Positions 37,631 to 51,470 of a stretch of DNA of 64,000 bases are shown piece by piece. The position numbers and the translations under genes are program-made. Under the pieces are notes generated by a model. The model was not told the origin of the DNA, did not search any database, and was given only the letters and a program-made list of their open reading frames with translations. The stretch lies in the NCBI RefSeq assembly GCF_009834535.1, contig NC_045697.1:38566001-38630000 (forward strand), read 5' to 3'. The first letter of the stretch is position 1, and each line of letters starts with the position of its first letter. This stretch comes from Camelus ferus (Eukaryota).

Positions 37631-39616
37631 TAGTAGCTATGCAATAAATGTTTACTGAATGACTAAATGGTTAAAAAGTCAACAGGATTTGATAGGGTGA
37701 ATGAAAGGTAGGGACAAAGGTGACTACGATGTTTCAAGTCTTAGTGGTACAACAGACAGACTTTGGGAAATGGTAGGGATGTTAATTGATTTGCTTTCAC
37801 GTGACATCCTTATATATATGACAAGTGGGAAAGTTTGGGTAGACAATTGGAGCTTAGATGGAAGATTAAGGCTGAAAATAACAGACTTAGAAATTACCAT
37901 AGTGGTACTATTAGGGCCAAGGGAGCTCTCTGATCTTTCCCAGGCATTAACGGGGAATTAAGCACCTACTGCCTCTACTCCACCCTCCACTCTTATTCAT
38001 AGGGTAGCATCCTATTGTGTTTTAGGGCATGTTTTCAACAATTCATTGGCATTGTAGACTTGTGATAAAATTGACTTTTAAGGTGTCTTCATACTGTGGA
38101 TTTTACAATAATTAAAATGTCTCACCCTGTTTTCATTTGACAGGTAAAAATGCAAGATTATGTGCCTGAAAAGATACAGTGGGAGCAGGGGAAGAATTAT
38201 ATAATCTCTTACTAACTCCTATCTGACCAGATGCCATAAAACAATAAATCTTAGGGTATTTGTCAAGCCAAGGGTTTCATCAAAAGCAGATAAGACATCT
38301 AAAGCTGGAGCTGCCTGGATTTACATTAACAATTGAAGGATTATGTTTAGGAACTCTGAAAAGTTATAGAACTAGAAACTTGAATTTTGTGAGATGTCTG
38401 TGGAAAGATTATTTTGAAGGTTTTTAAAAAAAAATTATTTGGAGGAACAAGAATAGATTAGCATGCTTTGTAGTGCTCTAGACTCATTAAATACCAGTTC
38501 ACGTCCCTATCAGTAAAGCTAAGTTCATTGAGGAATGGAATTGCTCTTTCTGAACAAAGGTATCAAGACAAACCACTTGTCTAGAACTCGTAATCACACG
38601 AGTATACAGCCTCTCTGAACAGTGGCAGCAAAGTACTAACTGAAGGTCATACTTCAAGTGCTCAGTGTAGAAAGGACAGTCCTGTCCTGAGTCTATTCAG
38701 CCACTCCCACACCCACTAGTGCTAATCATTAACAGTGTACTTAGCTTTTAAAACAAAGGTCTAAGCAACTATAAAGGAAAAAGATTGATAGATTTGACCA
38801 TAGGAAGTCTGACCATATTGTAACTTTTGTGCTACAAAATATACCATGAAAATAGTTTAAAAGCAGAGAGGAAAAGTATTTGCAACATAAGACGAGTGGT
38901 TTACATTCTAGATATATAAAAAGTGCATAACATTGAGACTGTTTTCTCCCCATTAGAGAGAGAGAGAGAAAGTTAGTTGCTGGTAAAGGTGCGGGGAAAT
39001 ATACTTTAATACCTTTGTGTGAATAAATAATTTAAAGAGAGCCAGGCATGAACCACTGATGAATATGATTAATGTAAGTTTTTATACCTAAGGTCCATTT
39101 ATTTTCACGTAAGCTCCTATAAAAAAGTGGTAAGAAAAATGGACCACAGGTGCAAAGAATCTGATTAATTATAATTTTTGACTCATGACTCACTATCTTG
39201 TTAGTAAATGCAGTTTCACATAATCACTTTTTTGGTCGCTGCCTAGTAATTGATCATTTGAGTATAAAGCAGTATATTTAATCAGTTGCCTGTTGCTGAA
39301 CATTTTAGATGGTTTCAAAATATTTAGTTTTATAGATAATGCTATGTAACCATTTTTATATACTTTCCAAGTATTTTTTTGGGACTGAAATCACTAGGTT
39401 AAAAGATATCTACATATATCTATATGTATATAGATAGACTGACATCTAAATACAGATGTATATAGATATATAGTTATATAAGTAGTTATAAAGTATATAG
39501 AGATCTTTAAATGCAGCAATATATTATATGTAGTGGTAAATTATAATATATTAACATATACTATATAATGTTCTAGGTGTCTCATAAAACAAACTACTCC
39601 AGAACACTCTCCACAG

Positions 39617-39620
<4 letters not shown>

Positions 39621-39662
<42 letters not shown>
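39621..39662. repeat. (AC)21 microsatellite
   Basis: Perfect repeat read directly. Confidence 0.98.
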
Positions 39663-39666
<4 letters not shown>

Positions 39667-39696
39667 GGGTATCTTTTAACCCAGCAGTATATATAA

Positions 39697-40226
39697 TGTT
39701 TTAGTTACCTAGTGCTATATAGCAACCTATCCAAAACTTAGTACTTCAAACAACAACATTTGAATTTGCAGTCTGGACAGGGCTCAGTTAGGATGGCTTA
39801 TTTCTGCTCCATTTGACATTGGCTGAGGAGGCTGGAATCTTCTGAAGGTTTCCCTCTCATGGCTGGTGCTAGGCTGGGGAGAGTCAGACGGCTGGAAGTT
39901 GGAACAGCTGGGACTCCCTGGGCATTTTTCTCACTGTCCGTGGTCTTTTTAGTGTGTCCACTTCCCAGTAGCTCGACTTCTCACATGGCAGCTCCGGGCC
40001 GCAGAGACTTGTGTCCCAGCAGAGTACCGGTAGAGATGATGTGGCCTTTTCTCACTTAGCCTTGGAATCCGTGCGACATCACTTCCAGTGTACAGGCCAG
40101 CGCAAGATGGGGAGGACACACAGACCCCCACATCTCAGTAGAGGTGCATCAGCACCACATTGTAGGAAGAACACGTGGGATGGTGGACTGTATTGGTGTG
40201 ACCATCTTTAAATATAATCTGCTGCA
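39697..40226 (-). mobile_element. MLT1G/H-like MaLR LTR
   Basis: tgttttagttacctagtgct...ccaaaacttagtacttcaaacaac...ctggacagggctcag...gacttctcacatggcagctc...ttagccttggaatc...accatctttaaatataatctgctgca. Confidence 0.8.
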
Positions 40227-40498
40227 TACATTTTTAAGACTTTTGAACACACAGTGCCAAACAGCCACTTCAGATATTGTATAGTGATGAAAATGATTAT
40301 TTTGAAAAAGGAAATGCTAAACCAAGGGTATTATTATTTTTCATCTTTGCTAATCTGATCAGCAAAGATAGTGTCTCATTTTTTAAGTTTACTTTTTCAT
40401 TACTACTGAAGTGTATTGGCCGTTTTTATTTATTTTGTGAGCTGTCTGTTCACATCTTTTATATAAATAATAAGATAGTCATACTATCTGAAATTTTT

Positions 40499-40829
40499 TT
40501 ATTATAGTAGATTTACAGTGTTGTGTTAGGTTCTGGTGTACAGCATAGTGAGTCAGTTATACATATATATTTTCTTTTTCATATTCTTTTTTATTATAGG
40601 CTATTACAAGCTATTGAATATAGTTCCCTGTGCTATACCATGGGACCTTGTTATTTATCTATTTTATATATAGTAGTTTGTATCTGCTAATCCCAAACTC
40701 CGCCTTCCCCTTTGGTAACCATAAGTTTATTTTCTATGTCTGTGAATCTGTTTCTGTTTTGTAAGTAAGTTCATTTGTATCATTTTTAAAGATTGCATAT
40801 GTAAATGATATCATATGGTATTTGTGTAA
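40499..40829 (-). mobile_element. 5'-truncated cetartiodactyl-type L1 3' end
   Basis: Same family as 25172-25480; exact 14-bp TSD tatctgaaattttt at 40485-40498 and 40830-40843. Confidence 0.93.
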
Positions 40830-41164
40830 TATCTGAAATTTTTAATTAGAGTCTTAGCAGTTTCTTGAAACTTCCTCTTTTCACTGATAGGGAAACTGAG
40901 TCACAGAGTCCCAAGTTACAAGTTTCATAAATTCACATTTGATAGTAAACACTGGTTGGATGTGGCAGTGATTGAAAGTAATTCATCGTTTGGAACTGTA
41001 GTGGGTTGAAAATAATATCTCGGTAGAAATTCTGTAACAAGGAGCTCTGTCTCTATAAAAAAGATCCTACCTACGTAATATCTCTTAGAAAAGGTTTCAG
41101 TACTACTCTAAAGTGCATCCCCAACTAAAGAGTACGTGGGTGACAAATTGCGTTTTTGCTTCCA

Positions 41165-41770
41165 CTTAGTGAGTCAAGCACTGTATTGGGTCCTGGGTAC
41201 ATAGTGGTTTGTAAAACAGACTCTCTGTCCTCAGGCAGCTTGTCCTCTGCTGATAGCGATGGACGTTAAACAGATAGCCACAGAAACAAATACAAAATTC
41301 TAAGTTGCCATGAGCGTTGTGAAGGAACGGTGCAGGGTGCAGGAAGCATCGCATACGGGGGCTACTACTTAAATATCACCAAGGAAGTGACACTTCACCT
41401 GAACCCTGAGAGAGGAGTGGGAGACATGGAAGCAAGAGTTAGGGGAAGGGTTTTCACTGAGGAGGCAAGGACCCACAGAAAGGAGAGGACTTGGGTGTTT
41501 GAAGAACTGATAGGATCTTGGTGTGCCCCAGGGGAGCAGGCAAAGATGGAGCTGGAGAGGCAGGCAGGGCCAGAGCAGGTGAGCCAACAGTAAGGATTCT
41601 GGCCCTTACTTGACCTACTTTGTTAAAAGATTCCTTGGCTACTGTGCAGAGAAAGGGCTGGAGTCGGTAAGCATATAAATGGATTGCAGTCGTCCGAGCA
41701 AAAATGAGAGTGTCTTGGACAAGGGTGCTGATGGCAGCTGGGCCAAAATGTGATGAGTATTTTCAGGTAG
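41165..41770 (-). mobile_element. L2 fragment
   Basis: aagcactgtattgggtcctgggtacatagtgg...tgtcctcaggcagctt...ggaagtgacacttcacctgaaccctgag...ggagctggagaggcaggcagggccaga. Confidence 0.8.
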
Positions 41771-43080
41771 GGGTTACTGGACTTCTGCTCCACATTTCAG
41801 CGCCGTCTGTGGTTCGGTCCACATCCCGGGGCCCCGGGGGCTTGGGCTTTCCTGACAGGGTCTCTTCCGAATCCATCCGGTAAGTGTCAGAGCAACGTCA
41901 GTGTGGTCATGGTGCTGAGGCTGTCCAGAGCGAACCGTAGTTTTCTGATTTGATGCTCCAGCGGGCAAGGGAGGGAAGACCCCTTCTGGCATGCTTTCTG
42001 ACTCCTCTTTGGCTTCTCCCCACTTCCTGAAGCAGAGGAGAAGTAGCATGATGAAGGCCTAGGGTTTCTCAACAGAAGATAATTGAGGGCGGTTGGAGCA
42101 GCTTAGAGGGAAATGGGAACAGCATCGAAATCCTCTGTTTTGCAGCCTTTTTATTCCCCTCTGTTTTATCAGAACTTTCTATTTTCTCTGTTGCATCCTC
42201 TAAGAAAGAAAGTCCTTGTAAGAAAAGTTGCCTTCCATGAGGAAAAAAAAAATAGATAGAAGCATCTTTGAACTAGAATCCTTGTTTAATTAAATTGATT
42301 CAGAGCCACAGACATGTACCAGGAAACTGCAGTGTCCCAGGCACTATGGTGAGCTGACATCTTATTTATCCCTCACCCGGGCCTTGGAGGATGGGTGTCA
42401 AGTTCCGTTTACAGATGTGGAAACTGACCTTTCATGTAAAACATCAACATCTACTCTCTGTTTTCATCAAAGAATAGTAAAGAGAACCATCAAAACCTCC
42501 CTTTCCCCCAAGTTCAGTTGAAATGAACAAGGGCCTAACTCCCATCCAAGTGCATTTAAGGACTGGACCTATAGCAAATTCAGGTCATCTTTGCCCCTGA
42601 AAAAAAAAAGGGGGTCTAAATATAGAGATGAGATGAATATTGTCAGGTCAGATTGACCATTATGAAAACAAAGTCCGCCATCATCCGAGTCAGTTAGCCC
42701 TCAGCTCCAGGATGTCTTGGCCCCCACCCCCACTCCCTGCCCTAGTCCCCTCCATGTTAAGAACACAAGAACACTGGACCATAATAAAAAGATTTGCCTT
42801 ATAATTACCTCAAAACCTGTAGACTTCTGGGATAGAAACTCTTCTTAAAGGACAGAGGGACGTCTGCTCTGCTGATGTTAATGTATGAACTCAGACAGAA
42901 GCCGTGAGAAAGTATTAAATCTATGACTCTTACTCTAGAACTTTTAAAGAGCAATAAAATTCCAGGTATTTTAATTTTATTCATGTCTTTCTTATTGTTT
43001 ATCATCTAACATGATCCAGGTGTATCCTAGGCTCCAAGAATACAGAGCTCTATGACATAAGATTCATTTATTAAAATGAC

Positions 43081-43221
43081 GGGGGAATGTATAACTCAGA
43101 AGTAGAGCGCGTGCTCAGCATGCATGAGGTCCTGGGTTCAATCCCTGGTACCTCCATTAAATAAATAAGTAAATAAATAAACCTAATTACCTCTCCCCAG
43201 ACAAACAAACAAAAAGATAAA
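43081..43221 (+). mobile_element. Camelid tRNA-Ala-derived SINE (Vic-1 type)
   Basis: gggggaatgtataactcagaagtagagcgcgtgctcagcatgcatgaggtcctgggttcaatccctggtacctcca + aaacctaattacctc tail. Confidence 0.92.
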
Positions 43222-44374
43222 CTATTTTGTTAGTAAAAATGTATACTGTTCTTCTTCCAAAAGGTGTATGAATGATATCATTCCCAACCTCAAGAAGTGG
43301 GGAAGATTGACGAGGATGCAGACAAGAAATACCCTGAGAGAGAGAGAGCACATGGTGGTTGGGAGGGGAGCATCTAGCACAGACTCGGGTAGGGGAGTGG
43401 GGCACCCCCAAGAGAGATTCCCCGGAGGAATAAATAGGTTACACAGAAATTATCAACACAGTTTAGCTGAGTGTATGTGCTTCATATTTTGCTCTGTTTG
43501 CCTCTTTCCTTGCTCACTTGGTCCTAGAAGACCAGCCACAATTTTAAGCAGGGTGTAAGTAGCTGGGCTCAGTCATAGAGCTGCTCTTGCATTTAGCCAG
43601 CTGCATGCCTGATTGTGAAAAACAAGATTCGTAGGTTGTATCTGCTGCTCTTTCGGCCCATTCCTGTACATCTCAGAAACTTACTCTTACGTTGCCTGCC
43701 CCCACCCCCATCCCGAGAGTTCCATTAGTGCAGCCGTGACTCTGTCTGTCTGCACATCCACCACAGCTTGGGAGACATTCTGCTGCACTGTCAGCATGAT
43801 GGACAGGCCTGCATCAGGGCGGGGGGGGGGGGGAGGATGAGAGAGATAGGGGAGCTCAGATTTCCCAGTCATCTGTTCAGCCTACCAGTCAAAGTCCATG
43901 CTTAGAGCAGGTGCCCTCTTCTTCCCTGTATCTGGTTGACATATGGAAAAGGGCAGACTAACCTAGAGTGCTCATGACATTTTCCTGCTCTTTATGGCTC
44001 TTCTTTCCAATGACTGCACATTATAGGGCTTTTGTTTTTTTCCGGGTCTGTTAACTCCCCTCTTTTTAACCTGGATGGGTTTCTGTCCATTGCAACCAAA
44101 GGGCCTTGACTAATAAAATATTCAAAGCCTAAGTTTATGCATCTTTTTATCTGACCAGCCATCCAGTGGCTTAATTCTCCCAGGTAAATTTCTGTTCCCG
44201 AAATTCCATTGAGTTGAGTCTTGTAGAAGATGTTTCCTCTGCTTGGCTCAGTTAATTTTGAGCCATTGAGGGAATGAGTGAATGAAAATAACCAAAGTGA
44301 GTGATTCCTCCCACTTCTCTGCCCTTCAGTTCAGTGGGGGACTTTTATTTCCAACTGGAAATCAGCATTTCTCT

Positions 44375-44720
44375 TATTCATTCAGTAAGTGAATATATAA
44401 CCAGCAAGTGCTGTGTTCCAGCCATGGTTTATAGGCACTAGGAATGTGACGTTAAATAAGACATGGACCTTGTCCTCCAGGAGCTCACAGTTTAGTGGGA
44501 AAGAATGACCAGTAAACCAGGGATTGCAATACAGTAAAAATACAGCACAGCTATTTAGGGGAATACTGGGTGCTGTGGAAACACAGGTGCAGCACCTGGT
44601 CAGCCTTTGGAAGAGGACTAGGAGGCAGTCAAGGAAGGCTTCTTGTAGGAGCCGACACCTGACATGCGTTCTAGAAGGATGAGTTAGCCAGAGGAAGAAG
44701 CTGAAGAGGGTGTACCGTGT
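44375..44720 (-). mobile_element. L2 3' end fragment
   Basis: ttcattcagtaag...taggcactaggaat...aataagacatggaccttgtcctccaggagctcacagtttagtggg...ggaaggcttcttgtaggag. Confidence 0.8.
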
Positions 44721-45914
44721 TCATAATCTAACATAGGCCAAAACAGGAAAGTAAAAGAGTCAGGTTCTTTCATGCCAAATTATAATGTTTTTATATCACG
44801 TTTTGTTCCCAAAAATTATCTTTCAGGGTAAAGAGACTTGCCTTATATTCAGGTCTTTTAAACCCTTTTACATTATAGGGCACTCTCTCAATCACTTTTT
44901 TTTAAACCACAAAAGAATTGTTTAGGAGAAACACAATAGCCCAGAACTATCTATGTCACTGCTGGTTTGTATGCTTATAGAGGTCATTTGACAAAGAGAC
45001 AAAGAAATTCAATATAGATTTAGTAAGTATTTGGGGGCCGGGGCAGGGATGGGGAATGACTTCACAACTGCAATTCTTGGATATCATTGCAAATAAGCCT
45101 TTTAAAGATCACTTTAAAATGAAACACAATTAGTGGTTACTTTGTGGAGATCATGAGTATACACCCACAGGATGAAAGGAAAAATAAAACTGTTCTTATT
45201 TTAAGCATATGGATATTTGTGGCTTGAGATAAAATTTCCAGTGATAACATCATGTACAGATGAAAAAATATATTTCCAGTTTCAAGATAGTAAAGGGAAG
45301 CCATTTTCACATCCTTCTCCTTTTTCAGTTCCCCCAAATGATAAAGTGAACAAGAAACAGGAACTCAGACTTCACCTTTGATGATGTTAGGAGATGTATG
45401 TAACCCTGAACTAGAATTTTTGAAGACTGAAAAGTGGCAGAGGAATGGTAAGAGAACAAGAAGGTCAAACTCAAGTTCCCACAATACAGGCATCCAAAGA
45501 ACCCCTGAAAAGCTTGGAAATAAAGCATCGGGGACCACAGGAGATGCACAGGGTGGGAGGCCGAGAATAGGGGTTTTAGAAGAAAGTCTGTCCAAGGAGC
45601 CATTGCACCCCAGTTCCCCACCCAAATTTCACATGGACAGGAAACCAGATTTCTCCCCCACACCCTTCACATAAAATCAGAAGTTTATTCCCTGGGGATG
45701 GTAAACCAGAGGACCATCAGACTCCGACATCAGGCACAGAGGAGGTAGGAGTGAGGAGCCCTAGTCTGTACACTTGACAGTGAACACCAGCAGCCTGGAC
45801 AGCCCAGGGGACAGGCTAGAGGATCCACCTCTAGAGAAAATGAACTACCCCAGAGCAAAACCTGGAAATACTGACACCTGGGAGTCGCTAACTTGGAGAT
45901 GACCCAAGTGTCCC

Positions 45915-46346
45915 CCACGATCTATTCTCCCTTTCATCCTTTTTACTAATAGAATACCCTCAAGTTTCGGCAAGGAACAGGGCTGCCTAGGCAGAGACTA
46001 CATTTCCCAGGCTCCCTTGCAGTGCGATGTGACCACCACAAACTAAATTCTTGAGCCCTGGGAGCAGCCTCTACTTCACTCTCTTGTCCTCCCCTTCCTC
46101 TCAGTCCTTTCAAAGGTGGGATGTGGATGTGGTGCTGGGGAGGCAGCCTCAGCCAGGCGGACCAGGCCTTGGGGGGACATACAGCAGCAAAACAGAATAG
46201 AAAGAGCAGCAGCAGCAGCTTGTCCTGCACCACCCATCAACTGTGGCGTGTTAAGAGAGAAAGAAGTGACCGCCTACCTTATATGAGCCATTGTATTTGG
46301 GGACCTCTTTGTTGTAGCAGCTTAGCCTGTAACTTAACTAATACAC
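45915..46346 (+). mobile_element. MLT1I/J-like MaLR LTR
   Basis: actacatttcccaggctcccttgcagt...gatgtggatgtggtgctgg...gagccattgtatttgggg...tgttgtagcagcttagcctgtaacttaactaataca. Confidence 0.75.
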
Positions 46347-46399
46347 TATGTATATTTCAAAAAAAAAAAAAAAAACCAAAAACAGAAACCATCCTGGAG

Positions 46400-46940
46400 T
46401 TTTGCTCAAATACTTTATAGTGAAGCCTACCAGTTCATATCATGTGCTAGCTTCAAAATAGCTTCCTCACACTTCATTATTAGATATGAATAGATAGCTA
46501 AGAATCACTAGACATTTGATTAAAGCATCTAGCATGAGCGGCTGAAACCAGAGTGAAGAAGCAAGGAAAGGGAACTCAAAGGAATGAGAGGCAATGCAGG
46601 GCAGGGAGCAGCAGAAAACTTCAAAGGAAACATGGTTAAATCCTCAGAGAGATAAGAAAAGATACTGCTGACATGAAAGAAGGAGTAGAATGCTCGTCAT
46701 TCAGAGAGTTAAAAAGAACTCTTGGAGGTTAATCATTTACAAAGTAGATAGTTCAGTAAAAGGGTTGGAAGATGAGATTACAGAAATTTCCCAGAAAGTA
46801 AAAGAAAGGAAACAAAAGGATGGGCAATGGTGAGAAAAAATAAGAAAAATGGACAGTATTTCAGTAAGCCCAATGTTTACTAATATGAATTTCAGGAAGA
46901 GTGGGAAGACAAAATAATGAGGAAGAATATTCAAGAAATA
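46400..46940 (+). mobile_element. HAL1/L1M ORF1-region fossil (probably continues at about 45370-45910, left of the MLT1)
   Basis: Purine-rich; aagaatcactagacatttga...atcctcagagagataagaaaagata...gggttggaagatgagattacagaaatttcccagaaagta resemble HAL1 ORF1. Confidence 0.65.
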
Positions 46941-47759
46941 AGCAAAAATAATTTATTATTGATTTATAAAATGTCAGAGTTGAATAATACAGTATTTCCG
47001 GATTACTATATTAATTTAATTTAATATAGGCATAATTAAACTAATGTAATATTTTTAAGAACACATTTGACTGTATTTTAGCTACATCTCTAAGATATTA
47101 TGTATGTAAATTGATCAAAAAGTCAAGGATAGGAAGATAGTCTTCTTATTGGAAAAACGTGAGATTACCTACCTGAGATTCAGGACCACCTTATATTTGA
47201 TATGTTCTGGAAACTTCAGCAGGTTCTGAAAGCAGAAGCAAAGACTGTGAAAGAGAGAGTAGCCCTGGCTCCCAGCAAAATTCACGCAATGATGGTTCCC
47301 CAAAACTCGGAAGAAGGTTCATGTGCTGCATATGCTGGCCATGATGTTATAGGTCTGATCATGATTCCCAAATTTCTGACCTGAGTGCTTGAGTAGTTTG
47401 TGATGCTGTTTCCTGAAGTAATCATAGATGTTACACATTTAGGAAAGCATGTGATGGGTTTAGTTTTATTTAGATTTACTGTCTTTGGGGTATCTATGGG
47501 ACATCCAAGTAGAGGTCTTTTCCATGGATCTGAAAAACAAAAGCTTTAGGTAGCTTTGGGTATTTAAAAAATTCATTCATTCATTCATTCACTCATTCAT
47601 TCATACATCCCTACCTTAGACAGAACTGAAATTCAGCTAGCATATTTGGCTCCAGGGCTGTACTGGTTGCTAAAATTCTGAAATACTCGGTACTCGTTGG
47701 TAAATAGCGCCTCTTCCAAACCCCACAAGGTCACCCCTTCCCACACCCGAGCTGTCCTA

Positions 47760-48310
47760 ACCCTTCCTGTCCTAACCCATTCAATCCTATTTGCAGCAAC
47801 AGAAGGGTTAACATCTCGCCCAGAAGTGGCCTGTCCCAGCCCTGTATCTGTCCTGTCTGCTCTTACTGTTAAAAGTTCTTATTTAACTGCTGCTTATAGC
47901 TCATGAAGGCCAAACGCATTTCCCACATATCCGTGTGCTTAGTCTGTGTCCTGACCTTCCATAAATCTGTTGGTACCACTCCTCTCTAAGTCTCCTCTGC
48001 CTCCAGCAATCAGAACTACTCTCTGCTCCCTGGCTGCCTGCATTTTCTCACCTTCATCTCTTTGGGCTCACTATTCAGAAAGACTTCTCTGATTTCTGAG
48101 CAGTCTATGTTTTATTCATCCTTCAAGGCCAGTTCATTTCCCCCTTCTACCAGAAAGTCTTCTTTATCTAGAAATGATAATTTCCTCCTTGAAATAACCA
48201 TCCCCTTCCCATGTAACATATCATTTCCTATCTTACATTAGTGATATCTTAGTACTTTCTATAAGGTCTTTTTCATAGTGGATAGGCAACAGCAATTGTT
48301 GAGTGAATGA
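47760..48310 (+). mobile_element. L2 fragment
   Basis: Pyrimidine-rich; ctccagcaatcagaactact...tcatccttcaaggccagttc...ends gcaattgttgagtgaatga. Confidence 0.6.
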
Positions 48311-50005
48311 GAGTATGAATCTAAATTTAAGGACTCTCTACCAAGTACCACTGGTATATAGTTGCTAGCACTTTTCATCGTTTCTTTAGAGTATCTATGT
48401 AGTGTAATCTCAGATTCTCTCCAGATCTCTCTGTGCCTGATTTCTATGTTTCATTACATGCCCCCCAAGCCCCAAAATAAAACAGCAATAACAAAAAACA
48501 AACAGATGAAGAAATGTTTGCTGATTTTCTGAACGAAGGCTTTTGATATTTTCAAGTTGTTTTCATCATCCCTCTTTAATAGTAAAAGGGTGATAGTAAT
48601 TTTCCATTTTCTACATTGACTTAAATTTATCTCTCAGAAATGCTAGAGCAGAGCCTTTCTTCTAAGGAGGGTTACACTGTTTGCTCTGCTGCAGCAAATC
48701 AGGCTCCTATTGTGACATTGGCAACAGTGAAGAGTCATTGCTTTGGCTGGGACAAAGTGTTTCCGGAAGTCAGATACAAGAGCAGAATACCTAATGGTGC
48801 CTTGCTACCTATAATCTCTCTCAAACACACTCTCCTATTGCCCTTCACAGAAGTGAAGTAAAAATCAAATTTCCAATGTTTGGTGGAGGTAGCAAATAAT
48901 TTGCACTAAAGGTCATTGATATATTTTCATGTATTTAAATCCTTTTATTTTTTCCCCTCTCTTCTTTTAAATAAGATTGAGATAAAATGTAGGCCATGGT
49001 GTGTTTCTCATGTAATGATGCCTCAGTCTGTTTTGCCCAGAAGCCGTGTCTGGCATTTGCTCTGGGTAGATATGATGGAGTGGAGGATGGACACGGGGCA
49101 TTGACAGAGGCCTGCAGGGTACCTAAGGCTGTGATGTCCAGTCCCAACCTCCTGGCCCGAGCACCCAGCCACATCTCTTTTCTTCAATGCTCAGAAAATC
49201 TTTATTTTGCCAGAGAGAGGGGAAATGAAACTTCCTTGAGATGCCGTTTTCCTATTCTCTGAAACTAGGAAATGCTGAATGGAACTGAAGTATCTCATCT
49301 CTTCCCTCTCAACTCCCTTATTTTTTCTTGGTATCTTTTAATGAGGAGATGATATATTTTCAGCTGGGGCCGTATGTGGGCGCTGAAGGGGAGTGAAGTT
49401 AGTTGACGTAGAGATAACTTCAGAGTCAGGAAGGAAGCAGGCACAGTACCATGGAGGGCAGTTCTGCCGTTTCATGAAGTGTTTCTTGGAGCAACTGTCA
49501 GGAGCAGAATCTTGAGTTGAATATTCTGTTGGCCGTTTTCTTCTTACTGGAATTAGAACTATGTCAAAAGCCAACCCAACTGTACCTGAACCTAACCTGA
49601 GTTGTGCTGTGGGAGTTGTGATCGTAACGTACCGAGTGCCCTGCTGGGCCATGCATCCCCCCTGTTGCGATGTCTCTGACTGGGATAACTTGCCAGCTGG
49701 GAGAGTATCATTTATTTGATGGGGACACTTCAGTCAGCCCAGAACGTAAGTGTGTAGAATGTGAAGAAAAGGCCCTAGACTTGCCCTCTGAAATTGGGAA
49801 ATGGGGAAGAAAATAGGCAAACGGTTGTCATCCTTAATGATGTCAGAGCATGGCCTCCAGCTTCTGGTCTCCCTGGTAGTGGGGCTTCTACAATGCTGTA
49901 ACCCGCAAGGACTCGTATTATTAGTGAGGGACCTCAGTTCTCAAAAATGTTCGGGTGCGTTCAGTGTTAGCCCTCTGTGAATCATTCCCACTTGCCTTTA
50001 TTTTA

Positions 50006-50139
50006 TTTATGTGGGGGGGGGTAATTAGGTTTGTTTATTTATTTGTTTATTTATTTTAATGGAGCAGTGTACTGGGGATTGAACCCAGGACTTCGTGCAT
50101 GCCAAGCTCATGCTCAACCACTGAGCTATACCCTCCCTG
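50006..50139 (-). mobile_element. Camelid tRNA-Ala-derived SINE (Vic-1 type)
   Basis: gtactggggattgaacccaggacttcgtgcatgccaagctcatgctcaaccactgagctataccc; TSD cttgcctttatttta / ctagccttcatttta (2 mismatches). Confidence 0.93.
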
Positions 50140-51470
50140 CTAGCCTTCATTTTAATAAACTTTGTTGCATGGGAGAGAAAAGGATGCATTATCGCTGGGA
50201 CAGAGAGTTATCCATAATTCAAGCTCTGTGCTCTGTGACCATCATCTGTCATGGGGACTGTGGAAAAGTAAGACTGAAAACCACTGTGGCTTGAGACCCT
50301 CTTGCCAACTGTGCCTCTTCTTTCTGTTTGATTAGCTAAGAGTCAGGGCTCAGATGTAGTCAGTATCTTCTGAAGCTCTTAAGTCTCTCTTGCTAGTTCA
50401 GTCCTGCGGGATGAAACGCTCTTCTGATGGCCTTTTCTCACCTGGCTCTACTTCTGTGCTGTGAGTGATAATGTATCAGCCACTTTTCCAGCTCTGTGAT
50501 CTGCCAGTTGTTGAGTGGCAGCTGATGATAACTCGGGCATCTAAAGAAAAGCCCATCTGGGTTTTCAGAGTTCCATGAGGGATCTCCACGTCCTTCCTCT
50601 CTCCCCCATAGCTGGGAGCCTTCCAATTAATAATCGGGAGAGGGAAGCTCAGCAGAGTTCTGCTGTGGTATTTGGAAGGGGATTTTGCATGGGAGGCTTC
50701 ATACTTACAGCATCCCACAGTATTTTATCAAGATAAATAATATGTGAGAGTGGATTCCGTGAGGCTGAGGATAATGCTATATGGTATCCCTCCCCCCAGA
50801 TAAATAAGTAAATGAATAAAACCTCACAGCAGGCCCAGGTGTGGAATGAATCTCTCAGGGGGCAGGGCTGTGGGATCCCATTAGAGAGTATTCAGTTTAT
50901 CCTCCTCATACACGCTCTCCTCGCAGACAGACGAGGAGCATGATTTGTTTCCCACTGAAAAGTCAGGAGCGTTGTGGAGGATGACACAGTGCCATTTGTT
51001 TACAGAGAGCTTCCTCCATTCAAGTTATTAGAAAATATTTCTCGAAGTAAGTCATCCTGAGTCAGAGCTGGCATGTTACTAGGAAAACTGCACATTTGAG
51101 GGACCTAGTGTTGCTCACACATGGAAGATTCTGTGTTTTAAACTTTCGGTAATTAATCTTTCACTTTCAATGAACTAGAACTACAGTTCAGCCACGAGAT
51201 ACTTATCAAATGCCTCTTTGCTCCCACTGCAATTCATTGGGTCACATTAGGGGTCCAAGGAAGCAGAGGACACTGTGCTTATGCGGCTTACAGTCTGCTT
51301 GGAGAGAGAACAGCAGCGTGGATTTTTAAAAATTAAGATGCAATCAAGTCTCAGTGCATTATTTAGATAAGCTGAATTTCACTGAAACACCAGGTATCTA
51401 CCTTAACAGTTGTCTTTCGGAGTCTGCTAAAGCCTCCATTTCCACAGAGTCCTCTTGGACCGTGTTGGAG

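Noticed and set aside
47750..47780. Telomere-like ctaaccc units
   Set aside because: Only a 15-bp-period local duplication (ctgtcctaaccc twice), not an interstitial telomeric array
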